From Candidatus Hydrogenedentota bacterium (GTDB lineage Bacteria > Hydrogenedentota > Hydrogenedentia > Hydrogenedentales > JAEUWI01), in assembly GCA_034669905.1 (NCBI GenBank), contig JAXMOL010000030.1, positions 1-64,000 of the forward strand: a stretch of 64,000 nucleotides of DNA, written 5' to 3'. The notes below the pieces were generated by a model. That model was not told where the DNA came from. It searched no databases and saw only the letters and a list, made by a program, of their open reading frames with translations. Position 1 is the first letter of the stretch. The number at the start of each line of letters is the position of its first letter. Of this stretch, positions 21,257 to 29,734 are shown one piece after another. The translations under genes and the position numbers were made by a program.

Positions 21257-22606
21257 ATGCCAACCTATTGCCGGTATCTGATGAGCCCGTGGCACCTGCG
21301 CCCCCTGTTGGCAGTAGCCCTCGTGCTGCTGCCCCTATGCTTCGCAAGCCTCACCGCGCAGGGACAGGTAGCAACACCGGCCGACGCCACGACGGTCGCC
21401 TCGGCCGAAAGGGTCCACGAGCCGGTGCCCGTACCCCAGGCCGATGAACGCACCATGCAACGCTACCGCTCGGGCAATGTGCTCTGGTTTGGCTCCCAGT
21501 TGATGGGACTCGGCCTCCCCCTGCTCTTCCTCTTCACCGGCTGGTCGGCCCGCATTCGTGACGTGGCCACCCGCTGGGGCAAGAAGTGGTTCTTCATCGT
21601 CGTTTTCTACTTCGTCCTCCTTTCGCTGGCCATGGCCATCTTCGAATTGCCCTGGGCCTTTTATACGGAATACATCCGGGAGCATGCCTATGGCCTCTCC
21701 AACCAGACCCTGACGAAATGGATTACGGACACGGTCATTTCCCTGACCATCGGCCTCTTCATCGGCGCGTTGATTATCTGGATTCCCTACCTCCTGCTGA
21801 AAAAGAGTCCCAAGCGGTGGTGGCTCTACACCGGCATGCTCATACTTCCCTTCCTCATTCTCCAGGTCTTCATTACGCCCATCTGGATCGCCCCTCTCTT
21901 TAACGATTTCGGACCCATGAACGACAAGGCCCTGGAAGCGAAAATACTCGCCCTGGCCGAGCGCTCGGGCATCGAAGGGGCCCGGGTCTTTGAAGTCGCC
22001 AAGAGCGAAGACACCAAGGCCGTGAACGCCTACGTGACGGGATTTGGCGACACGAAGCGCATTGTCCTGTGGGACACGGCCATCGAAAAGTTGGCGGAAG
22101 ACGAGCTGCTCTTTGTCATGGGCCACGAGATGGGCCACTTCGTGATGAACCACGTAGTACGCTTTATCGCCATCGCCTTCTTCGTCACCTTCGCCTCCCT
22201 CTACCTCATCCATCGCCTCTCCGGCGCGCTTATACGCCGCTACGGCACGCGGTGGGGATTCACGGAGCTTTCCGACGTGGCCTCTCTCCCTCTCATCATG
22301 GTCATGATGGGGGCCTTCACGCTCATCGTCATGCCCCTTATCTATGGCGTGACCCGTTACCACGAACACGAAGCAGACCGATTCGGACTGGAACTCACCC
22401 ACCTCAACCACGCTGCAGCCACCGGCTTTGTCACCCTGCAGAAAGAAAACCTCGCCAACCCTGACCCCGGCTGGGTCTATATGCTCTTCCGCAGCAGCCA
22501 CCCCAGCATCGCCCAGCGCATCCGCTTCTTCAACAGCTACCGGCCCTGGGAATCGGGCGAATCCCTGAAATATGAACACCTCTTCAGCAGCCCGGAGACG
22601 CCATAA
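21257..22606 (+). CDS. M48 (Ste24-like) membrane metalloprotease
   Basis: NAYVTG, HEMGH, EHEAD, SHPSIAQRI motifs; multiple TMs. Confidence 0.92.
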   Translation: MPTYCRYLMSPWHLRPLLAVALVLLPLCFASLTAQGQVATPADATTVASAERVHEPVPVPQADERTMQRYRSGNVLWFGSQLMGLGLPLLFLFTGWSARIRDVATRWGKKWFFIVVFYFVLLSLAMAIFELPWAFYTEYIREHAYGLSNQTLTKWITDTVISLTIGLFIGALIIWIPYLLLKKSPKRWWLYTGMLILPFLILQVFITPIWIAPLFNDFGPMNDKALEAKILALAERSGIEGARVFEVAKSEDTKAVNAYVTGFGDTKRIVLWDTAIEKLAEDELLFVMGHEMGHFVMNHVVRFIAIAFFVTFASLYLIHRLSGALIRRYGTRWGFTELSDVASLPLIMVMMGAFTLIVMPLIYGVTRYHEHEADRFGLELTHLNHAAATGFVTLQKENLANPDPGWVYMLFRSSHPSIAQRIRFFNSYRPWESGESLKYEHLFSSPETP

Positions 22607-22608
22607 GC

Positions 22609-23082
22609 ATGACCGACGAAAGCACCCCTGTGCCCCATATTTATATCGACGCCGACGGCTGTCCCGTAAAAGATGAAACCTACAAAGTCGCCCAGCGCTA
22701 TGACCTGCCCGTCACGGTCGTGGCCAATCAGTGGATGCAGACACCCCCCAGCGACCGAATCACCATGAAGGTCGTGGGTGATGGATTCGATGAGGCCGAC
22801 GACTGGATCGTGGAGCACTGCGGGGAGAACGACATTGTCATCGCCATCGACATCCCCCTCGCGGACCGCTGTCTGAAAAAAGGCGCGCGTGTGCTCGGCT
22901 ACAAGGGACGGGTCTTCACCCTGGAAGGCATCGGCGACGCCCTGGCCAACCGGGAAATCGCCGCCAACCTCCGCGACGCGGGCGTCATGACCGGTGGCCC
23001 GGCCCCCTTCGACAAAAAAGACCGGGGCCGATACCTGCAGGCCCTCGATGCCCTGATCCACGCCGCGCGCAAGGGGCGGTAG
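22609..23082 (+). CDS. YaiI/YqxD-family protein
   Basis: IYIDADGCPVK, ADDWI, DIPLA, TGGPAPF motifs. Confidence 0.92.
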   Translation: MTDESTPVPHIYIDADGCPVKDETYKVAQRYDLPVTVVANQWMQTPPSDRITMKVVGDGFDEADDWIVEHCGENDIVIAIDIPLADRCLKKGARVLGYKGRVFTLEGIGDALANREIAANLRDAGVMTGGPAPFDKKDRGRYLQALDALIHAARKGR

Positions 23083-23106
23083 ACGAGGCCACAAAAAGTA
23101 ATCTCC

Positions 23107-23582
23107 GGGTGCCACCCTCAAGCAGCGAAGCAGCTTGTAGGCGAAGGGCAGTGCGGTGGCTCAGAAAGCAGTCTCAGGGTGCCACCCTCAAGCAGAGGAG
23201 CGCAGCGGGGGAGCTTGTGGGTGAGGGGTTTCGTACGTACCCATAAGTCATGGAGTGGCAGCGAAAGTCGCCGTTGAATTAAAACAAACTCCCCTCCTCG
23301 GAGGGGCTGGGGGTGGGTCACGTCTTGAAAACAATTCTTAACCCACCCCTAATCCGCCACGGCGCATCTGCGACCCTCCCAGGAGGGGAATAAGAATTCC
23401 GAACCAACCCAATTCTATTCATTACGTAGAGTCTTGTACCCTCCCCGCGCAAGGTCCGCTGACGGTGCCTCAAAAAGCAGTCGCAGGGTGCCACCCTCAA
23501 GCAGAGGAGCGCAGCGGGGGAGCTTGTGGGTGAGGGGTTTCGTACGTATCCATAAGTCATGGAGTGGCAGCGAAAGTCGCCG
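23107..23582. repeat. Two ~118-bp direct repeats flanking an inverted-repeat REP-like unit
   Basis: ~23156-23273 and ~23464-23582 near-identical (gggtgccaccctcaagcagaggagcgcagcggggg...); partial copies at 23107 and 274-321; tcccctcctcggagggg...ccctcccaggagggga at 23290-23390. Confidence 0.88.
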
Positions 23583-23777
23583 GTGGTTTATCACGCAAGG
23601 TCCTGTGCCTTCCGCATGCACGCACCCTCCTGCGGCGCGACGTTGACCCGTCAGTCGCGTTTTGGGGGTCGCACGGCCCGATTGGATGCCTCGAATGATT
23701 TCCGGGCCCATGAAACCTTTACCGCCAGCCCGGTATTAGAGTAGTGTCCTGCGCAGAAGAAACCGAGGGAGCACCCA

Positions 23778-24485
23778 ATGGGCACACCAACTATCCGCAA
23801 CGGAATTCACTGTCTCGCAACACTGGCATGTGTCGGTGCTTTGGCTTCATCGGCTGTTGCGGACGCGCCACAAGCCAATACCGTTGCGCCCCCTTGGCAT
23901 ACCTCGACGGCGCCGGAAGCGACGTGGGGAAACGTGCCGGGCTTGGCGGAAGCCGCGCCCGACTCGAAAGGGCGTGGGGGCCGTTGGTGGTGGCCCCGTC
24001 TCCCGCAGTATGACGCGAAGGAACCCACCCTGGGCAATCGCGGCCGTGTTTTCGGGGCCTGGGAGCCGCCGAAGCCGCCGACCGTGACCGTCTTTCATCC
24101 GCCCCTGCCGCCGGTGTCAGAGCCGCGCACCATCATCTGTACTTCGGTTGTCCTCAATAACATTCTCTTCGACTTCGACAAGACGACGCTGAAGCCGGAA
24201 GGCAAGGCGGAAATCGACAAGCTGGTGAGGGAGATGCAGAAGTTTATGAAGGACACCCTGGTTTGCATCGGGCATACCGATGATGTGGGGTCCCCAGAGT
24301 ACAACATGGCCCTTGGAGAAAAACGGGCCATGGCGGTGAAAAACTACATGGTGGAGAGCGGCATCGCAGCGGAACGAATCGCCATCAGGAGTATGGGGGA
24401 AAGCCAACCTGCGGTCCCCAACGACTCCCGGCCCAACCGGGCGCTGAACCGGCGGGTGGTGTTTGAACTGACCGTCGGAAATTGA
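23778..24485 (+). CDS. OmpA-family peptidoglycan-binding protein
   Basis: ILFDFDK, GHTDDVGSPEYNMALGEKRA, NRRV motifs. Confidence 0.9.
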   Translation: MGTPTIRNGIHCLATLACVGALASSAVADAPQANTVAPPWHTSTAPEATWGNVPGLAEAAPDSKGRGGRWWWPRLPQYDAKEPTLGNRGRVFGAWEPPKPPTVTVFHPPLPPVSEPRTIICTSVVLNNILFDFDKTTLKPEGKAEIDKLVREMQKFMKDTLVCIGHTDDVGSPEYNMALGEKRAMAVKNYMVESGIAAERIAIRSMGESQPAVPNDSRPNRALNRRVVFELTVGN

Positions 24486-24876
24486 GTGACCTGGTTCGTG
24501 CCGCGCCATATCGAGGAAGGCTGCTTCAAGCGCCTGGGTTGCGAGGTGCATCCTGATGACCGAAGGTGCGCCAAAGTGGGTTGGCCTTCCAGGCTGACAA
24601 AATGTGCCCACGATTCACCCGGTAGCGTGAGGTTCTGAAACGTCCGCTATCCGCTCCCGAGGTAGTTGCCTACGTAGGCACCCGGCTCCTGCGGATAGTT
24701 GGAGCGAGCGACATGACAGGTCGCTGACGCGCCGGAGGCGGGCTGGAAGCCTATCCCACTTTGGAGGCTGCCGGTACTGTCGCGTTTCATTTGCTATGTG
24801 ATGTCGGCCACTTCGAGGACCAATCCGTCCCGTTGCCGGGTCCTTCTTCATCCACGCAGCACGATACAGGGCATTC

Positions 24877-25701
24877 CTACGGCCACTCCACCCGGCGGAA
24901 CTTCTCCACCATCTTCCCGTCTTCCTCGCTGAAGCCTTTGGCCCACGCACGAATCCCCGCCAGCGTTTCGTCGCTCATATCGGGCGAATACTTGTCGATA
25001 GCCGGCTCAAACTGACTCACGTGGGCGGCCGCCGCCTTCACCTTGTCTTCGAAGACCTTCGTGATATCGATGGTCACGTTGGTGTCCGTGGAGTAGTAAT
25101 AATAGGCCAGGGGCACGTGGTAGGGCTTGAGCTTATCCACCAGCAGATGCTGCGGATAATACAGATGCCACTCCGACGCAATAAAGGCGTCCTGCGTGAT
25201 GAAGGCCGCCATTCGGTGGTCGGTCTTGTGCCACCGCTCGTGCTCACTGCCGGGGTCGACGGTGAAGACCGCATCGGGGCGATGCCGTTTCATTTCCTTC
25301 GCCACTTCTCCCCGGAGGCGCTGGGGGTCGGCGTATTCCAGGTTGCCATCTTCATAGCCCAGCCACGTAATGTTCTCCTTGGGAATCCCCAGAATCTTAC
25401 AGGCCTTCTCCTGCTCCGCCTTACGAATGCGCGCGAGGCGTTCGCTCGTCATTTCCAGGTCTCGCGAGCCTTTGTCGTCGTTGGTGAACACCACCACCTG
25501 CACGTTGTTCCCATTGTCCGCCAGGATTTTCATGATGCCGCCGCACCCGAAGGTGTCGTCATCGGGGTGGGGCGTAAATATCAGGACCGTCTTCCCCTTC
25601 CAGGTCTCGATGGGTTCCGAGAGCGGTGCTTCGGCCATGGCCGAACACACGTTTCCCAGCAGGAGAATAAAAACGGCGCAAACGGTGTTTCGTGTAGACA
25701 T
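24877..25701 (-). CDS. PIG-L/LmbE-family deacetylase
   Basis: PHPDD and HKTDH motifs; signal peptide. Confidence 0.9.
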   Translation of the reverse strand: MSTRNTVCAVFILLLGNVCSAMAEAPLSEPIETWKGKTVLIFTPHPDDDTFGCGGIMKILADNGNNVQVVVFTNDDKGSRDLEMTSERLARIRKAEQEKACKILGIPKENITWLGYEDGNLEYADPQRLRGEVAKEMKRHRPDAVFTVDPGSEHERWHKTDHRMAAFITQDAFIASEWHLYYPQHLLVDKLKPYHVPLAYYYYSTDTNVTIDITKVFEDKVKAAAAHVSQFEPAIDKYSPDMSDETLAGIRAWAKGFSEEDGKMVEKFRRVEWP

Positions 25702-25836
25702 GTGTCAATCCCTTTCCCGTTGGTGTCCTTCCAGTATAGGTCGGAAGGCCCGGTCAATAGCAAAAGGCCCGCCACCCTCGAGAAAGGCACTTGTTGTACC
25801 CCATGCCCGCCATCACCCGGCGGCTCAAGGAAGCCC

Positions 25837-26370
25837 ATGAAAGAACTCATTTACTACACCGCCACCTCGCTGGATGGCTTTACCGCAGGTCGCAAGGGCG
25901 ACCACAGTCTCTTCGTCAAACACGGCGCTTCCACCACCCGCCGCGAAACGGACCTCCCCCACGTCGACACCATCATCCTCTGTCGCCAATCCTATGAGGC
26001 CGGTTATGGCTATGGACTCCGCCCCGGCCAGCCCCTCTGCGAAGGACTGGTCCACTATATCTACTCCAACTCCCTCCGCTTCGACGCCGCCCACCCCGAC
26101 GTCCACGTCCTCTCTCCCTGCATCGAAAACATCGCCCAACGAAAAGCCGAGGGCGACGGGGCCATTTATCTCTACGGTGGTGGCTACTTCGCCGGATGGC
26201 TCCTGGAAAACGGCCTCATCGACACGGTGAAACTCCGCATCAACCCTGCCATCGTGGGGGACGGCGAGCGCATATTCGGACAATCGCCCCAGTCGGCCCG
26301 CCTCGAACTCGTCGAATCCCAGCCCGACGAAGGCGGAGTCTTCCTCAACACCTACCGCGTGTTAAACTAG
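25837..26370 (+). CDS. Dihydrofolate reductase/RibD C-terminal family protein
   Basis: YYTATSLDGF, IYLYGGG, GLID...INPAIVGDG; ATG at 25837 lies within the longer ORF-track frame. Confidence 0.85.
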   Translation: MKELIYYTATSLDGFTAGRKGDHSLFVKHGASTTRRETDLPHVDTIILCRQSYEAGYGYGLRPGQPLCEGLVHYIYSNSLRFDAAHPDVHVLSPCIENIAQRKAEGDGAIYLYGGGYFAGWLLENGLIDTVKLRINPAIVGDGERIFGQSPQSARLELVESQPDEGGVFLNTYRVLN

Positions 26371-26446
26371 GCCCACCGAAGGACGAGCTTCCCCCGGCGG
26401 ATAGGCCGCCCCCTCGCCCGACGGCAACCCCATTGGAGTACTCACT

Positions 26447-26818
26447 ATGCTGAAAAACGCCGCCTTTGGCGCCCTCTGTTTCCTTATCGGAATGACCACC
26501 TACGCCCTGGCCCAGACCCAGGCCGAGATGAATCAGGAGGCCAAGACCGATCTCGAGATCGCCGACGCCGAACTGAACAAGGTCTACAAAGCCCTCCGTG
26601 CCAAACTCAGCGACGACGGAAAGACCCGCCTGAAAGAAGTCCAGCTCATCTGGCTCAAATACCGCGACAAGAACGCAGCATTCGAAGCCTCCCTCTACGA
26701 AGGCGGCAGCATCGCCCCCATGGTCCACGCCGGCTCCCTCACCACCTCCACCGTCCTCCGCACCGAACAACTCAAAGGCATGTTCGCCGAAGGCTACGAA
26801 GAAGATAGCCTGCCCTGA
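26447..26818 (+). CDS. LprI/DUF1311-family exported protein
   Basis: QTQAEMN...ADAELNKVY...QLIWLKYRD motif. Confidence 0.85.
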   Translation: MLKNAAFGALCFLIGMTTYALAQTQAEMNQEAKTDLEIADAELNKVYKALRAKLSDDGKTRLKEVQLIWLKYRDKNAAFEASLYEGGSIAPMVHAGSLTTSTVLRTEQLKGMFAEGYEEDSLP

Positions 26819-26850
26819 GCACGGACCCGCCCCCCGACAGTCCCCCCCCA

Positions 26851-26882
26851 CACCCTTCTGCAACGCGCGAAGGGTGTTTTTT
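26851..26882 (+). terminator. Intrinsic terminator
   Basis: cacccttc / gaagggtg stem followed by a T-tract. Confidence 0.6.
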
Positions 26883-27204
26883 GTTGTGGCGGGGCACAAT
26901 CTCCTGCAAATAAAAGGCCCCGAGTATCAGACAAGGGTTAAACGTAGTTGAACGGAATCTCATCCAGGCGAATTCTAAGTGTTACCCGGTAACACTTTGC
27001 ATGTTTGAGCCAGCGTTCTCAGTCCAGGCAGCAGAATTATTTCGCATAGCCCCCATTACCAGTGTTCAGCGTTGGACTCCATTGTTTGGACACTAGCGCG
27101 TGTTTCTGAAGTGTATCCGTGTCGGGATAATGCCATCGGACCGACGGCGCTCCACAGAGACGGAGCCTTGGTGTCTCCCGGGCAGCGGTTAGGACTAACC
27201 GAAC

Positions 27205-27235
27205 AAAAAATCCCCGTTGGAAAACCAACGGGGAT
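27205..27235 (-). terminator. Intrinsic terminator, probably the original tRNA-Pro terminator
   Basis: 11-bp stem atccccgttgg/ccaacggggat with a minus-strand T-tract, just downstream of the tRNA 3' fragment. Confidence 0.75.
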
Positions 27236-27248
27236 GAAGTAACCGGTA

Positions 27249-27302
27249 TATATTGGTCGGGGTGGTAGGATTCGAACCTACGGCCCCCTGCTCCCAAAGC
27301 AG
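27249..27302 (-). repeat. att site: duplicated 3' part of tRNA-Pro (54 bp)
   Basis: Identical to 37354-37407 (tatattggtcggggtggtaggattcgaacctacggccccctgctcccaaagcag). Confidence 0.96.
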
Positions 27303-27445
27303 TCAAATAGACAGTACAGCTACGACACTAAGTGTCTTTGTTGCAAGGTTTTATAACTCTATCAGACTTTACCCTTCATTGCAAGTATTACCTTCATTTT
27401 GGGGGTGTTTTGGACCATTTCGGGTACCATACCCGGATCGTCTAT

Positions 27446-27904
27446 TTACCATCCACCCCGAAAAGCGCGGGGCTCGTAGCTCCGGACCCATCGCCGAATT
27501 GGGGTACGGGACGGCCGTTTCTGCGCCTCGATTTCCTCTGGCGATAATTGCCATTTACGTAACACAACCACTGATTTAGTTGCGTTATCTGATTCGTTAC
27601 TGTGTGTTTCGTTGTCATCCTCGGCGAACGCGTCAAAGATGATCTCTGTCAGTTCCTCGCGGTCGCCACTTGTCGGCAATCCCAAATTGGTAGCCACCTC
27701 GCGCAATTCCTCGTCGCTCAGCGCATTTAGGTCTACTTCCTCATGGTCTGTATCGACTGAGGGGGAGTTTTCGTCACACGCGGCAACCTCGTGCGTTTTG
27801 CGTGCTTTCCAGGCCGCAACCTTGCACCTGTCATCACAGAATTTCCTTCGACGGCCTGTTTTTGGCTGTTCCAGCGGTTTTTCACAGTGCTGGCAAGTAT
27901 CCAT
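27446..27904 (-). CDS. Small Zn-finger plus SAP/HeH-like putative DNA-binding protein
   Basis: CQHC...GRRRKFCDDRC; DLNALSDEELREVATNLGLPTSGDREEL. Confidence 0.7.
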   Translation of the reverse strand: MDTCQHCEKPLEQPKTGRRRKFCDDRCKVAAWKARKTHEVAACDENSPSVDTDHEEVDLNALSDEELREVATNLGLPTSGDREELTEIIFDAFAEDDNETHSNESDNATKSVVVLRKWQLSPEEIEAQKRPSRTPIRRWVRSYEPRAFRGGW

Positions 27905-28063
27905 GGATTTGGTCCTTTCGTCTCGGCTCCAGCCCCCCCGGGGGGACTAACAGTGCAACAAATACCCGCAGTGCGTCGTCTGACCGACCTCTACCCTCCC
28001 CCGGGGGGGGACCCGTCGCCTTTTGGGGCGCTCAGGCCCCCCGATCCGGGGTGTTTCGTGGCC

Positions 28064-28537
28064 TCACGCGGTCGGTGTGGCCATGGTTCGTGCGGTTTGG
28101 CCCTGGTGGCAGGGTGCGCCATGCACGGGATGGGGTGCGCGGGCCTTCTGCACGGTGCGGGCTTCCAGTGCACGTAACCGCTCGCATGGCTCTATCGGTT
28201 CAAGGGCCAGATCCAGCGCGGCGGAATTGGTCGCCCTCATTCCATGGACCAGGTACAGCGCCACGATACGGCGTGTGCGTGCTACCCCATCCAAGCCCAG
28301 CGCCACGGTGACCACCTGGGCCATGCGCCTATGCTGTTCGCCTCGGTTACGGCTCGCCTGCCTTGCGAGGTACCAGGCGGCCTTCAGGCGGTCTTGAAGT
28401 TGTTCCCGTGTCGGGGCCCCGCCATCGACCGGGAAAGAGTCATGGAAGGCAACCAGGGCGTCTTGGGCTTCGGGCGATATCTGGTGTTTGCACTCTTCGA
28501 AGTGTTGGATCACTTCCTCACGGCTTCGAAAGTTCAT
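28064..28537 (-). CDS. Hypothetical protein
   Basis: ATG overlaps the rep stop (TGATG at 28535-28539), preceded by GGAGGT. Confidence 0.6.
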   Translation of the reverse strand: MNFRSREEVIQHFEECKHQISPEAQDALVAFHDSFPVDGGAPTREQLQDRLKAAWYLARQASRNRGEQHRRMAQVVTVALGLDGVARTRRIVALYLVHGMRATNSAALDLALEPIEPCERLRALEARTVQKARAPHPVHGAPCHQGQTARTMATPTA

Positions 28538-29541
28538 CAATGCACCTCCTTCGGCTTGGCAGGCAACCGCACGCCACGGGACTCCAGATGCTTTTTGCAC
28601 TTGTTCGCAATGTAGGCCCCGGGCTTGTTTAGCGTTCCCAGCCCTTTCACCTCTCGGGCTTGAGGGTCCTTGCATTGCTCGACGTACTCGACAGCCTCAA
28701 AGAGCACACCAACCCCGTCGTGAGCCTTCATCAGCCCGCCCACCTCCTTCCACCATGCACGGTAGTGCTCTGGATCGTCTGCAGCCTTTCGAAGCCGTCG
28801 CCAAAGCTCAGTGCCGTGGTGCTTCGAAAGGACCGACTCCGACAAATCCGAAACCGATGAAATCGCCGAATCCGACCGACCGACCGAATCCGACCTTCCC
28901 CCTGGTTCAGGGTTTGGCCTGGGCTTTGGCTTGTCACGTGGTCCGGGCTCGGTTCGGCTCGGTATCGGTATCGGCAAGGTATCGGTATCGGTATCGGTAT
29001 CGGTAGGCGCGTTTCCGCGCGGAAACGCGCGATTCCGCGCGCGGCTGTTTTCCGGTGGGTTTTCCGGGCTATCTGGTGGCGTATCCTGGGGGTTTCCTGG
29101 GCCTGAATCGGAGGGCGGATCACCCCCTGGATTGTCCATCATTTTCTTGTAGTCTCGCTCAATTTCCGCCCGATCTTTCGTATGGATCCGGGTCAACTTC
29201 GGGATGGAACCATCCGCGAAAAAGGCGCGGGACTTCACGAGGGCATTGTGTACCGAGTCTTCGCAATGTTCCGCCCAATCATGGACAATCAACCTGTGCC
29301 TGTCGTCACGGTCCAACCAGTTACGGTTAACAAGGGCCTCAATCAATTCGCCTGGGTCGCCGTCGTACTCGAGGCCCATTGCTAACTCTTCGTCTGTAAA
29401 CTTCCCTATGTTGCCCGCTGGTGTGTTTCGCGCTGTAAAGTCCCACATGAGTTGCAGTAGACCCACAGCGGCATATAGGGGAAGGTTCAGATCCTTCTTC
29501 AGGAGTTGAAACTTCATGAGGCTGTCAGTGCCTTTTTTCAT
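28537..29541 (-). CDS. Phage-type replication initiator / replisome-organizer-like protein
   Basis: N-terminal wHTH-like region (AVGLLQLMW...ELIEALV..WL...IVHDW), low-complexity DTDTDTDT linker, helical C-terminus (NKPGAYI); strong SD. Confidence 0.65.
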   Translation of the reverse strand: MKKGTDSLMKFQLLKKDLNLPLYAAVGLLQLMWDFTARNTPAGNIGKFTDEELAMGLEYDGDPGELIEALVNRNWLDRDDRHRLIVHDWAEHCEDSVHNALVKSRAFFADGSIPKLTRIHTKDRAEIERDYKKMMDNPGGDPPSDSGPGNPQDTPPDSPENPPENSRARNRAFPRGNAPTDTDTDTDTLPIPIPSRTEPGPRDKPKPRPNPEPGGRSDSVGRSDSAISSVSDLSESVLSKHHGTELWRRLRKAADDPEHYRAWWKEVGGLMKAHDGVGVLFEAVEYVEQCKDPQAREVKGLGTLNKPGAYIANKCKKHLESRGVRLPAKPKEVH

Positions 29542-29734
29542 AGATCAACCTCCTCTCCTGTTGACTTTCGCCCCTGATTTAGAGTAGTATCTATCTCACG
29601 GCTCTGTTGCAAGATTCGTTGCCCGCCCAATCGTTTCGCGACGGTTGCGGCGGGCGGTCCTTTTCTGGGGTACATTTCGTTTCCTTAGGGTTCTCTCTGG
29701 CCAGACAGAATTTAGGAAATGGCCTGGAAGCCGT

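Noticed and set aside
25021..25836. N-terminal extension of the 449-aa ORF
   Set aside because: Antisense shadow of the PIG-L gene; the recognisable domain starts at 25837
27249..27302. Second tRNA-Pro gene
   Set aside because: It lacks the 5' acceptor strand and D-arm; it is the att duplicate
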